Shown here: in pieces, positions 36,905 through 49,088 of the stretch
Layout: each line of letters begins with the position of its first letter
Position numbering within the stretch: the first letter of the stretch is position 1
Source of the DNA: Malacoraja senta
Taxonomy: Eukaryota
Direction: 5' to 3'
Assembly: GCA_038087875.1 (NCBI GenBank)
Contig: CM075977.1
Location: 310,434,001 to 310,498,000 of the forward strand
DNA length: 64,000 nt
Translations under genes and position numbers: made by a program
Notes under the pieces: generated by a model
Database searches by the model: none
What the model was told of the DNA's origin: nothing
The model's input: only the letters and a program-made list of their open reading frames with translations

Positions 36905-37663
36905 AGGGCCTGTCCCACAGGCGACATTTTCGGAGAGTGCAGGAGACTCTGCGCTCGCCACATGATCGCCACATGTTCGCTGGTGGTCTCTGCTGAGTCT
37001 CCTTCATGGTTGCGAGGAGTTCCTGCATTCTGGGAACTGGTTGCGGCCTCAGTATGGTCGCCGCAAATTTTTCAACATGTTGAATCATTTTCTGCAACCA
37101 AAAATTGGTCGCCATGGAGAAAATCGATAACCCTGTAGTCGTAGGTGCAGTTGTAGTGGGGTCGCCATGTAGTTATGGGTAGTCGAGGTAGTCGTAGGTA
37201 GTTTTAGTTAATTGCCTTTGCTGACTGGTCATTTTCATTAGCTCATTGGGGAAAAAAAGCAAGAATTTTCAGAAACAAGGATAACCGACCGGTAATGTTA
37301 AATGCCCGCCAAACTTCACAGCTGTGTACTTCTGGCTTATTAAAAGTTGTCTGGCTTCTTATAAGTGTCTCCACCCCTTCTCTCCCCCCTTCTCTCCCCC
37401 CTCTTTTAAAGGACTTACCGTACACTGTGCTAGCCATCTTAATCTTCCTTTTCATCGGTGTGTGTTTGGATCACCTTGGCTTTGCACCGTGTGAATTTCA
37501 GACAGCGCTACCCCGCTTTCCCTGGCCCCCGCCTTTGCGATGTGTTTGTGTGTATATATTCCACTCTGACAGTCGCCGTTCCAGTTCTTGGTTTTTCAGG
37601 CGACTGCCGGGAACTTGACAGTCGCCGGCAGTCTGCTGAAAAATCGCCTGTGGGACAGGCCCT
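36905..37663. mobile_element. PIF/Harbinger MITE
   Basis: 20-bp TIR AGGGCCTGTCCCACAGGCGA with TTA TSD on both sides. Confidence 0.9.
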
Positions 37664-37719
37664 TTACTACTCACTGTGAAGGTCCTGGTCAGGTTTGACC
37701 TCCCAAAGTGCAACAAATG

Positions 37720-38384
37720 CCACTGCGGGGACCTAATTTGCGAGTTTAGAAGAGTTTGCCCTCGATTCATACTCGCAGCATGTTCGACACGCGGTCCTAG
37801 GAGGTCTTTGTAACTCTTCCTCATGCTCGAGAGTAGTCCCCGTGTACTCGAGGCCTCAGTTAGGTCGAGGCGGGTTTTTTAGCATGCTGAAAAATGTCCT
37901 TGAGTAAAAAAAGGTCGCCATGGAAAAAATCGATATTTTTTTTACTCGTAGGTTTAGTCGAAGTAGGTCGTAGTAGGTCGGCATATTATTCGTAGGTAAT
38001 CGAAGGCAATCAAAGGTAATCGAGGGTAGTCGAAGGTAATCAAAGGTAGTCGAAGGTAGTCGTAGATAGTCTTCAACATATTCGAAGGAGGTCGAAGGAG
38101 ATCGAAGGAGGTCGTCTTCACTCTCCACTATTCGGTATCCAATTTTCCCGAAGCTAGTCAAAGCTAGTCTTCAACATAGTCGAAGGAATTCGAAAGAAAT
38201 CGAAGGAGGTCTTCTACATAGTCGAAGGAGTTCTTCAACATATTCGTAGGAGGTTCTCTACATAGTCGAGGAAGGTCGAAGGAGGTGTTCTACTTCGGCA
38301 ATACAACAAGACCATGACACTTTTTCATACTCTCCTAAACTCTTCTACACTCGCAAATTAAGTCCCCACAGTGGGACAGGCCCT
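37720..38384. mobile_element. PIF/Harbinger MITE, left TIR clipped
   Basis: CCACTGCGGGGACCTAATTTGCGAG / CTCGCAAATTAAGTCCCCACAGTGGGACAGGCCCT|TTA; internal (GTCGAAGGTA)n. Confidence 0.8.
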
Positions 38385-38894
38385 TTAAAGAGTGTAAACT
38401 CACGATTGATCAAAAACAGATGTTTAATAGAGAAGGTGTTGTTCTAAGTATTGGGAAATAGTTTTTTTTAAAGTGGGACTACTAAAGCAGCAATGTATAA
38501 AAACAAGTAAGCACAATGCTGTGTTGTAAAAGGTTATGATATTCTGTGCCCAAGTTGCTCAATAGAAACGGCTTGAGATGAAATCCAAATGCTATCGTAT
38601 TTTTCTTTCTAATCTGTAATGGTAGAAATATATTTATATCACTTGGGAATCAATGTCATTATTGGTAGGAGAAAATTTAAATCTGCTGGAGAGTACGTTA
38701 CCAACCATTGTTTACCTGGATGATGCCTCCACTGATTCTACACACCTTTCCCTCCACCTTGTCTCCCCCTGCTGGCTATTGATGCAGCAACATTTCAGTT
38801 AATTTACAAACTCTCCATCAGCCGCTCGAACCCTTGGAGCTGAATTTAAATGTCAATCCTTGGCATGCAGGAGGGGTTAAACCTGGCCAAGTAT

Positions 38895-39207
38895 AGTTTA
38901 GTTTAGTTTTTAAATACAGTTGGAAACAGGCCCTTCACCCCACAGAGTCCACGTCGACCATAGATCACCCGCACACTTGTTCTATGCTATGCCATCCTAC
39001 ATGCCAGTGGCAAGTTACTGAAGCCAATTAACCTGCAAACCTGCACGTCTTTAGAATGTGGGAGGAAACTGGAGCACACGGAGAAAACCCACACGGTCAC
39101 TGGTTGAACGTACAAACTGTACACAGATAGCATCCGTAGTCAGCATCAAACCCGGGTCTCTGGCGCTATGTGGCAGCAACTCTACCGCTGCACCACTATG
39201 CTGCCCA
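38895..39207 (-). mobile_element. HE1/V-SINE-like SINE
   Basis: Full tRNA head, V-domain and (CTAAA)n tail. Confidence 0.88.
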
Positions 39208-39744
39208 CGTGAGCCTCTCTCACCCACCTATTAGTTCCACAACAGTTGAGTAAGGTTCCCATGAAATCTACGTTCCACAACTCAGTGGGGCTCACACACT
39301 CCAAGGGCAGTTTAACTCGAGGATTTGAGAGGCCTTCAGGGAACCATCCCCAACAGCTGCACCACGACTAGAGCCTGCAGTGCATCCAGAGAGAAGGGCT
39401 GGTTCATAATGATGTACTTTTAACAGTGGAGTGCTCACCCAGGCCCTACAAGTAGCCTTTGGATCTTGTCAATCCTGATCCTGCTTCCCCTTTCTGTCTG
39501 GAACTGGCTCTGCCCCAATGTGTTGTTATCACTCTTGAAAAGACTTCTCATCTGCTGAGGCTAAAGTCCTAATCTCCCAATCTACTTTCATTGTAGCACT
39601 TGCACTTTTTTGATCTGCATTTTCTTTATAACAGTAACATGCAGGTTGCACTCTCTTTTCTCTTTTTGTGCTACCTGTTGTACTCATATGGTATGTTTCT
39701 CAAAGTTTCTCACTTGGTACAAGTGGCAGTAACAAACCAATAGG

Positions 39745-40170
39745 ACATAGAACAGTACAACACAGGAACAGGCCCTCCAGCCTGGAATGTCTGTGACAAA
39801 TACAATGTCAAGTGAAACAAATCTCTTTTGCCTGCGTGCGATCAGATCCCTGCATATCCATGTGTCTATCTAAAAAGCTTATAAATGCCACTATTATATC
39901 TGCCTCCACCACCAACCCTGGCAGCATATTCCACCACCCTCAATGTAAAAAAGTTGCTCTGCACATTTTGTTTATACTTGACATCTCCATCATGGGAATA
40001 AGGTTGTGATTGTCAACCCTACCTGTTTCTCGTGATGTTATATACTTCATCAGGTCTCTCCTCAACCTTCGATGTTCCAGAAAAAACAATCCAAGTTTAT
40101 CCAACCTCTTTTTATTGGCAATACCCTCGAATCAAGGCAACATTCTACTAAACCTCTTCTGTGTCCTCTG
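39745..40170 (-). mobile_element. CR1 3' fragment
   Basis: Minus LDKLGLFFLEHRRLRRDL plus 3'UTR. Confidence 0.7.
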
Positions 40171-42471
40171 TACTACCAATATCTATTCCAGCTCTTTATA
40201 TTTCCTTCCTTAGTACATGAGGCCAGATTGGGTTATAGACTATAAGCTAATGTTAGCTATTTTAGTGTTCTGCTTGCTTCTATGTGGGACCAGAGGAGTA
40301 AGAATGTTTCTCTGAACTGCTCGAACAAAATCTTGGGATTTCTTAAACTTTCTTCTTGTTTGTGATGTTCTGTCAAGCCACCTTTTGCTCCCATACCTGG
40401 CTGGTGGTCCATGATAATGATCACCTGCTGCAAGTGATCACACCCGCAGTCCAGATGGAGCTTCCAGCAGCGTGGATGGGAGTCTGAGCACCAGCCTGAC
40501 CTCACCACTCCCAGCACACCGCCTTGAAAATTAATATCTTAAGCGAAACCCTGATGCTGCAGGGACAAAATAGAACAAAATGAGGCATAATCCATTTTGG
40601 TATCCGGCTATGGGAAGTGCCACCGGCTGTTTGAAATCTTGTTGGAGCATCATCACGATTCTGCTCGGAAAAAAAAAATCAAGAGACCAAATTTCCTTTT
40701 CTTTTCTAATGACGTGCTATATGTCTTTGTTTTTCCTGAAATGAATGGCCTGTTACTTAAATCACATTCTCAGACTTCACATACGTGAAGCCATACGTTC
40801 ATATAGATTCATTAGTGGGTCACCAATAATTGAAAAAATGAAACCTTTTTACAATTTTCTTTTGTTAAAAGAACCATTTCTCAACTTTAATTTCCATGAG
40901 ATATCTATAGGGTTGTTGTTGCTCTCTGTTTATTGTTATTACTTACACAAACCAAAAGAATGGACACAAAATAAAGCTATCACCTCATTATGAGAAAGGA
41001 AATGCATTACATTTTTCTTGACAGTCTCGACCATTAACACTGACTGCTTAGGGCACAGCTTTGCTTAAGGAAGTCTAGTTCATAATATTAACTCATTGTA
41101 ACTCTTCTCTCCTTTTGGAAAAGGAATGGAAATAACATTAATTCGTTTTGTGCACAGGATAATTTCTGATGCCAAGCAAATCATAAACCAGAAATACTTT
41201 GAAAGGCTTAAAATATTTCTAAGAAAGTGTTACACAATGGCACATTTAGCCTGTAATATTACCATACTCAAATCCTCGATTATAAAATGTAAAACTGCAG
41301 GAAAACGCAACAAGCAAGATCTGCGATTCAAAGAATATCGCAACTCCGGAAAAATGGAAGATATCGGTTCACTGACCTTCATCCTGAACAAGGATCATTT
41401 CCATTGAAGTGTCTGAGCCCTTACAGAATGTGTGTCACCCAGGAATGTGCGGTCAGGGGAGGCAGAGCCTCACCTGTCATATTCCCAATGAAAATAGCTG
41501 TTAAGAAAAGTAAAGAAAAATAATAATAAAATAAAATAAATATAAAAGATTTTTCCACTGATCTGTTATAAATGTCATTTCTATATGAATCTAATCATTT
41601 TTTATAGTAAAAATCGCAAAATTTTCTCAGCTATACTGCAAATACATGGGGAGATGAGAGATGAGGCAGCGACAAGCTGAGCCTCCCCTCTGATTGCGCA
41701 ACCCCTTAGAAACTGCATGGAGAGTGGGCAATAAGCGTGTGCCTGTTACTATCTCTATGTATGTCACCAAAGTAATGTGTGTAAACCCCTTCATTACATG
41801 TCCTTACCTTCCATAGTCCAGGTAACGTATTTCACATATAAAGATATTAAATTTGTGCTCGCTGGTCTCACATAAAACTGCAATGCAAAAGCTCCAGGGA
41901 AGGCAGCGATCACATCTGCCTCACAAGGGGACATGTCTTGAGCCCAGTGGAGGAAGAGTGAGCGTCAATTACGTAGGCTCAGCCCACGTAATTGACGCTG
42001 CCTCACTCTCCCTCCACGTTAGCTAGCTTCAGTAGCGGCGGCGCAGTACTGCATTCCACCGCTGGCGGCGCTCACCAAAGATCATGGAGCGGAACAAGAT
42101 ACGCCACTTGGGAAGGTAGACTTTGTCGGTACATTAGAAAGTTATTTGATTTTAAAAAAAATAGATCTATACTTATCACAATAATAAAATCACCAATTTT
42201 TGTACTTCTGTACATTTTTGTTTAGTTCATGTAAGGCGGGAGTCTCCAAAATATGGCCCGTGGGACACATCAGGCCCACCACCTGATTTTTCAAGCTCAG
42301 ATTCAAGTTGGGGAACGCAGCGGCCCGGGGCTGCTCTTAGTGTTGTTACTGGTTAGATCCCTCGAATTGTCAGAGCCGAGACATCACTAGGCCACTGTGA
42401 AGAAGGGTGCAATGGTGCGGTGGGGGGTTCAGCGGCGGTCAGAATGGGATGGCTGCAGGTTATAACATGCC

Positions 42472-43128
42472 ATCATTCCTCTCTCCCTTCTCTCTCCCTC
42501 CCCATTCTCTCTCTCTCTCCCCATTCTCTCTCTCCCCATTCTCACTCTCTCTCCCCATTTTCTCTCTCTCTCCCCATTTTCTCTCTCTCCTTCTCTCTCT
42601 CTCTCCCATTCTCTCTCTCTCCTTTCTCTCTCTCTCTCTCCCTTCTATCTCTCTTCCCTTCTCTCTCTCCACCCATTCTCTCTCTCTCATTTTCTCTCTC
42701 TCTCTCCTACTCTCTCTCTCTCCCCATTCTCTCTACCTCCCTTCTNNNNNNNNNNNNNNNNNNNNNNNNNNNNNNNNNNNNNNNNNNNNNNNNNNNNNNN
42801 NNNNNNNNNNNNNNNNNNNNNNNNNNNNNNNNNNNNNNNNNNNNNNNNNNNNNNNNNNNNNNNNNNNNNNNNNNNNNNNNNNNNNNNNNNNNNNNNNNNN
42901 NNNNNNNCTTCTCTCTCTCCCTTCTCTCTCCCTCTCTCCCTTCTCTCTCTCTCTCCCTTCTCTCTCTCTCCTCTCTCTCTCCCTTCTCTCTCTCTCCCCT
43001 CCCTTCTCTCTCTCTCACTCCCTTCTCACTCTCTCCCCCTCCTTTCCTTCTCTCTCTCTCTCCCTCCCTTCTCTCTCTCTCTCCCTTCTCTCTCTCTCCC
43101 TCCCTTCTCTTCTCTATCCCTCCCTCCC
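42472..43128 (+). repeat. CT-rich simple repeat spanning a gap
   Basis: (CT)n/CCCATT low-complexity sequence. Confidence 0.9.
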
Positions 43129-43277
43129 AGCCATGGTGATCAATACAGGGAGGGCCGGGCCACTGATACTAGCCAGTGCCTCCCCAGCCATTGACCTCAC
43201 CGCACGTCACTGGTGTCACCTCAGTGAGGAATTCAAAGTCATTTGTAGTTACTAACAAATCCTCATTTTAGCATCAT

Positions 43278-43373
43278 CAGTTTGAAGAAGGGTCTCGACC
43301 CGAAACGTCACCCATTCCTTCTCTCCAGAGATGCTGCCTGTTCCGCTGAGTTACTCCAGCATTTTGTGTCTGT
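43278..43373 (+). mobile_element. ~96-bp Penelope-derived hammerhead-bearing insert with 16-bp TSD
   Basis: TTGAAGAAGGGTCTCGACCCGAAACGTCACC; CTCATTTTAGCATCAT at 43262-77 and 43374-89. Confidence 0.85.
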
Positions 43374-43844
43374 CTCATTTTAGCATCATTGCTTTGGCAA
43401 AAGAGGCAAGTTCTTTATTGCTGCAAATATTCAGTGGCTGCTGGATGCTGTACACCTTGCCCATCCTCTTTCCATTGGCTTCCACTGACAGGTCATCGTC
43501 CTAAAAGGTCAAGACTGTTTCTGTCCACCAGTTCTAACTGACCTGCTGAGTATTTCAAACACGTTCCATTTTAATTAAATGTCACTCCATGTGAACTCTG
43601 GATACTGAAGAGTCAATGGGCGAGAACAACAACTACATTTCAGTGCTAATGATACAATTGGCCTGGTGCAGTCCATTGGCATCATCCTACTCGCATTGCA
43701 AAGTTTTGTCAGTTTGGACAATGTTCTTGCTTTTAAATGGATGCACTATACCACTTTATAACTGTGATGTTAGCTATGGTTTTCACTCGTTCTGAGTATT
43801 AAAGCATACATTCCTTTCTATACAGGATACTGTTGAAATTGCCA

Positions 43845-43990
43845 ACATAATCAGACTTGTGCCACCCTGGTCATTCCTTCTTCTCCCTGCCCTGTTCTAC
43901 AAAAGCACCAGACATTCGAAAATGCACACCACCAAACTCAGGAACAGCTTCTTTTTCTCTGTATTAAGGCTTTTGAATGGTCCTTCCATA
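43845..43990 (+). mobile_element. Rex1/Babar-like LINE ORF C-terminal fragment
   Basis: HPGHSFFSL...TTKLRNSFF.SVLRLLN. Confidence 0.65.
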
Positions 43991-44025
43991 AGCTAGGATA
44001 CTGCCTGATTCACTTTGACCCCAAT

Positions 44026-44400
44026 GTCCACTAGGGGCGCTGCATTGATGGTCCACTAGGGGCGCTGCATTGCTGGTCCACAAGGGGCGCTGCATTGATG
44101 GTCCACTAGGGGTGCTGCATTGATGGTCCACAAGGGGCGCTGCATTGATGGTCCACTAGGGGCGCTGCATTGATGGTCCACTAGGGGCGCTGCATTGATG
44201 GTCCACTAGGGGCGCTGCATTGATGGTCCACTAGGGGCGCTGCATTGAAGGTCCACTAGGGGCACTGCATTGGTGGTCCGCAAGGGGCGCTGCATTGATG
44301 GTCCACTAGGGGCGCTGCATTGATGGTCCACTAGGGGCGCTGCATTGATGGTCCACTAGGGGCGCTGCATTGATGGTCCACTAGGGGCGCTGCATTGAAG
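44026..44400 (+). repeat. Minisatellite, 15 x 25 bp GTCCACTAGGGGCGCTGCATTGATG
   Basis: Directly visible, near-identical units. Confidence 0.95.
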
Positions 44401-45178
44401 GCGCCTCTGCCTACAGCCTGTCCGTTTTTTCCTATCTTATTTTTATTTTAGTTTGTCTAACAGTTTTGTTTTAGGGTTTCTTTCGTTTTTCTAGGTGGGG
44501 AGGGGGGAGGGGTAAGGGGGAAACCACTTCCCAGTCGCTTCCTGGCGAGGATGCGACTATTTCTCCGAGTCGCGTCCTCGCCCCCCACCTCGTGGCCTAC
44601 CACTGGATCGGAGCGGCCTTTCCTACCGGAGACTGGGGACCGGACCAGAGCTTCGGCAGTGGCGGCGGCTCGGCGCTGGATTCACCGTGGAGCGAGCGAT
44701 GCCTTGCTGGATCACCGTTTGAAGCTCCCAGCGCGGGCGGCACTGACCGACATCGCGGAGTCCTGGTGCCCTTTGCCGAGGGCTGCCAGCGGGAGTCTCC
44801 GCCCGGCGCGGCATAGGGACGTCGGGAGCTGTGGAGCGGCCGATTTGGCGGTCCAAGCCTCTGAGGTTGGCCTCTCATTCCGACGTCGGAGTGCCAACAT
44901 CCCTGCGAGCGGGCCTGAGCGGCTGGCAGCCCGTAGCGGCGACTGCGGAGGGCTCTGGAGGCCCCGACCATGGGTGAACATCAGAGGAAGAGGACTGACT
45001 TTGGTGCCTTCCCTCACAGTGGGAAACTTTTGATTCTGCTGTGTGGGGATGTTTTATGTTAAACTCTATCAACTCTATGCTGTGTTCTTTATTTTATTGT
45101 ATGGCTGTATGGTGATCACATTCCACTGTGCCAACTGGCACATGTGACAAATAAATGTATCTTGTATCTTGTATCTCT
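44401..45178 (+). mobile_element. GC-rich non-coding retroposon with AATAAA and (TATCTTG)n tail
   Basis: 3' part GCCTTCC.TCACAGTG..TGTATGGCTGTATGGT..CATGTGACAAATAAA is shared with 53430-53735 and, more loosely, 55678-56035. Confidence 0.6.
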
Positions 45179-45931
45179 CTTGTGGACATTGGGCACGGAC
45201 CGGTGGGCTGCAGAGCCTGTTTCCATGCTGTATCTCTAAAGTCTAAAACAACAAACCCCTGCCATCGGGTGCCCCGCTGCATTGTATACAGCACTTCAAA
45301 CAGTGACTCCTTCCACCACCAGCCCATTATAACCACATTTACAAACTGCACTGCAGTTGCATACCACAATGGCTTAGCAACAGTTCCCCAATTCACAACC
45401 TCGACAACCAACGACAAGAATAGTAAACGCATCGGATCTTCAACATCTGCATATTTCACTCTAAATCGCATACCATCCCGGTTTGATAATTAATTTCTGT
45501 TCCTTCATCATTGCAGGGTCTATGTCCGAGAACTTGCCGTCCAACTTCACTGTTGTAGTACACTCAGCAGAGGATTGCAGAGCTTCAAGAATGCACTTGA
45601 ATGCACAAGAATCACCACCTTCTATGACTTTGCCTGTGAAACCCTGATCCTCCCAAATATACATTAACAATGTCAACACACCAATCATCAAAAATAGCAT
45701 ATATATTTAAAGATGAAAGATGGCATTCATATCTATTCCTGTCAAGCATTGAGCCCAACCTATCCTATAATAACAGAGTAAATATAACCAAAAATTGAAT
45801 AACTGGATCTTGAGATATTTAACCATTAATTTGCTCTAGTAATGCTTCTAATTTTCCACACATGGTTCAAAACATACGACATTTCCAGTTGTACATATGT
45901 TTATTTAGTTTATTCTTATTATTACATATTA

Positions 45932-48551
45932 CATAGGCTGCATCCCAGAGTACTTAAGGAAGTAGCCCCAGAAATAGTGGATGCATTAGTGATAATTTTT
46001 CAAAACTCCTTAGATTCTGGAGTAGTTCCTGAGGATTGGAGGGTAGCTAATGTAACCCCACTTTTTAAAAAGGGAGAGAGAGAGAAAACAGGGAATTACA
46101 GACCAGTTAGTCTAACATCGGTAGTGGGGAAACTGCTAGAGTCAGTTATTAAAGATGGGATAGCAGCACATTTGGAAAGTGGTGAAATCATTGGACAAAG
46201 TCAGCATGGAATTACGAAAGGTAAATCATGTCTGACGAATCTTATAGAATTTTTCGAGGATGTAACTAGTAGAGTGGATAAGGGATAACCAGTGGATGTG
46301 TTATATCTGGGCTTTCAGAAGGCTTTCGACAAGGTCCCACATAAGAGATTAGTATACAAACTTAAAGCACACGGTATTGGGGGTTCAGTATTGATGTGGA
46401 TAGAGAACTGGCTGGCAAACAGGAAGCAAAGAGTAGGAGTAAACGGGTCCTTTTCAGAATGGCAAGCAGTGACTAGTGGGGTACCGCAAGACTCAGTGCT
46501 GGGACCCCAGCTATTTACAATATATATTAATGATTTGGACGAGGGAATTGAATGCAACATCTCCAAGTTTGCGGATGACACGAAGCTGGGGGGGGAGTGT
46601 TAGCTGTGAGGAGGATGCTAGGAGGCTGCAAGGTGACTTGGATAGGCTGGGTGAGTGGGCAAATGCATGACAGATGCAGTATTATGTGGATAAATGTGAG
46701 GTTATCCACTTTGGTGGCAAAAACAGGAAAGTAGACTATTATCTAAATGGTGGCCGATTAGGAAAAGGGGAGATGCAACGAGACCTGGGTATCATGGTAC
46801 ACCAGTCATTGAAAGTAGGCATGCAGGTGCAGCAGGCAGTGAAGAAAGCGAATGGTATGTTAGCATTCATAGCAAAAGGATTTGAGTATAGGAGCAGGGA
46901 GGTTCTACTGCAGTTGTACAGGGTCTTGGTGAGACCACACCTGGAGTATTGCGTACAGTTTTGGTCTCCAAATCTGAGGAAAGACATTCTTGCCATAGAG
47001 TAGCAATGTTACAAAATTTTGAGATTTAAAAAATAAAGTCTGCAATTTATCCCATCAGATAAAGCATAAAAAGAAGTTTAATTTGACACTTAATTCACTT
47101 TCATATCTTCAGTATTAAAAAAGTTATGGCCATTATCATACTCAGAAATTAGCATCTAGTTCCCTATTGCTTTTCCATTGACAACACAAAAGCTGTGATC
47201 GAGGACAGTTAAAAGCCCATAACTTTCTTAAAAATTATGGTAACTGAAAGAAATTTTCAGGTATTATAGATTGAAGCATTCTGAAACAAATATGAAACAA
47301 TCTTACTTCGAAGACATGAAAGTAAAGCATATAATTAGTTAGTTACCTAATTGTAGCTAATTACAAAATTCAATTACTAGATCTAAACATCTATCAATTT
47401 CTTAAGAATAGATTAACATTTTTAAATAGCCTAAGTGTCCAAATAACATTCACACAATAATTCACAATATAACATAATTTTTAAATCTAATTTTCATGAA
47501 TTTACAGGCCAAATGGAAGGAATTGAATGTTTAATACCTGTAAATTAATGGGGATTTAATTCATCTTGCGAGTGAGAATTTCTGGAACGCGATCTTTTGG
47601 AACGTTCATTTGCGGTGAATTTAACCCCGTATTGGCATGAAAAATACTGCCGTTAATTCGGGGAATAAAATCACCGTGTCGCATGACAAAATGTGAATTA
47701 AAGGCTTCTTAAGAAGCACTTTTATACATTTAAAGAAAGCACTTTCGTTTACCTGTCCATTGTGTGAAATCCGTCCCCGTTATTGGCGTTGACGCTTCAG
47801 GAGCTGCTTTTAAAATGACTGTAGCGCTGACATTGACGATTTAATTAAAAAAAAAAAATCACAAAACGGCGGTAGGAACGATTTTGTCAGCGAAGTTTTG
47901 TACTCCAACAAAATATTTCCAGGACAAGCGAGGAGAAACCGCGTTTTAACCCCGCCCCCCCCTTAAAGGCGCCAAAATCGCGCACACGGCCAGTGGCAGA
48001 ATTACAGCGCGACTGAAGGTAAGTTTTGTAACATACCTACATAGAGGGAGTACAGAGAAGGTTCACCAGACTGATTCCTGGGATGTCAGGACTTTCATAT
48101 GAAGAAAGACTGGATAAACTCGGCTTGTACTTGCTAGAATTTAGAAGATTGAGGGGGGATCTTATAGAAACTTACAAAAATTCTTAAGGGGTTGAACAGG
48201 CTAGATGCAGGAAGATTGTTCCCGATGTTGGGGAAGTCCAGGACAAGGGGTCACAGTTTAAGGATGAAGGGGAAATCCTTTAGGACCGAGATGAGAAAAA
48301 CATTTTTCACACAGAGTGGTGAATCTCTGGAATTCTCTGCCACAGAAGGTAGTTGAAGCCAGTTCATTGGCTATATTTAAGATGGAGTTAGATGTGGCCC
48401 TTGTGGCTAAAGGGATCAGGGGGTATGGAGAGAAGGCAGGTACAGGATACTGAGTTGGATGATCAGCCATGATCACATTGAATGGCGGTGCAGGCTCGAA
48501 GGGCCGAATGGCCTACTCCTGCACCTATTTTCTATATTTCTATGTTTCTAT
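45932..48551 (+). mobile_element. CR1, 5'-truncated, interrupted at 47001-48039
   Basis: [46 protein letters not shown]; (TTCTATGT)n tail; same subfamily as 24031-26396. Confidence 0.93.
47001..48039. mobile_element. Non-autonomous DNA transposon (hAT-like) with 7-bp TSD
   Basis: TIRs TAGCAATGTTACAAAA / TTTTGTAACATACCTA; CATAGAG duplicated at 46994-47000 and 48040-46. Confidence 0.85.
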
Positions 48552-49088
48552 ACTGAGATACAGTGAAAAGCTTGTTCTGTTTGCTAGCCAGTAAAATTGT
48601 ACATGAGTACAATAGCTCCTCTTCTGTTACGCCACACAGAGGGTTACCTCATTCTGGCACCATCTTGCAACATCCAAGCCTCTAAACAGTCCAATCTTGG
48701 CCTAAGGAGTTATACAAATTCTGGTTGTCACTTTAAGGCCCGATGCCCTGCCAACACTGGATCGAGAATGTAGGGGTTGGCCTGGCCAGTGTAATGCCAT
48801 TAGCTCCTTTCATTCACTCACCCGGCTTTTGCAAAAACAAAACAAACCACGACCACCGCAAATGCACCTTCCGTCACCTCCAGCAACCGCCTCCCCCCCT
48901 CCCCACCCCTACTTCCATGCACCGAGGCCAACATGCCTCGTTACCCAACATGATCACAGATAATAGACCGCTTTCCAAGGATGAGGGAGGTGAGTGCATG
49001 GACCATTCACAGCCACGGGCCTATGCCATTACTGATAATTACTGAGATGAGCAACTAAATGGCCTATAATAAAAAACCTTGATGGTTA

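Larger units (their letters stand above)
33858..37715 (-). mobile_element. Old CR1 fragment split by DNA transposons (33858-34112, 36871-36904, 37664-37715)
   Basis: Minus reading RRFIRMLPG, LVRPHLEY, LLHFGRSNLTRTFTV. Confidence 0.65.

Noticed and set aside
40388-40525. Possible minus-strand exon (TTTTCAAG|..CAG|GTATGG)
   Set aside because: Weak splice sites and no recognisable peptide.
42236-42300. hAT-Charlie-like left terminus
   Set aside because: Too degenerate and no matching right end found.
44026-44400. CRISPR-like appearance
   Set aside because: Head-to-tail units with no unique spacers, in eukaryotic context.
45490-45670. Acceptor-like TTGCAG followed by short open frames
   Set aside because: No recognisable protein, no donor, and no partner exons.
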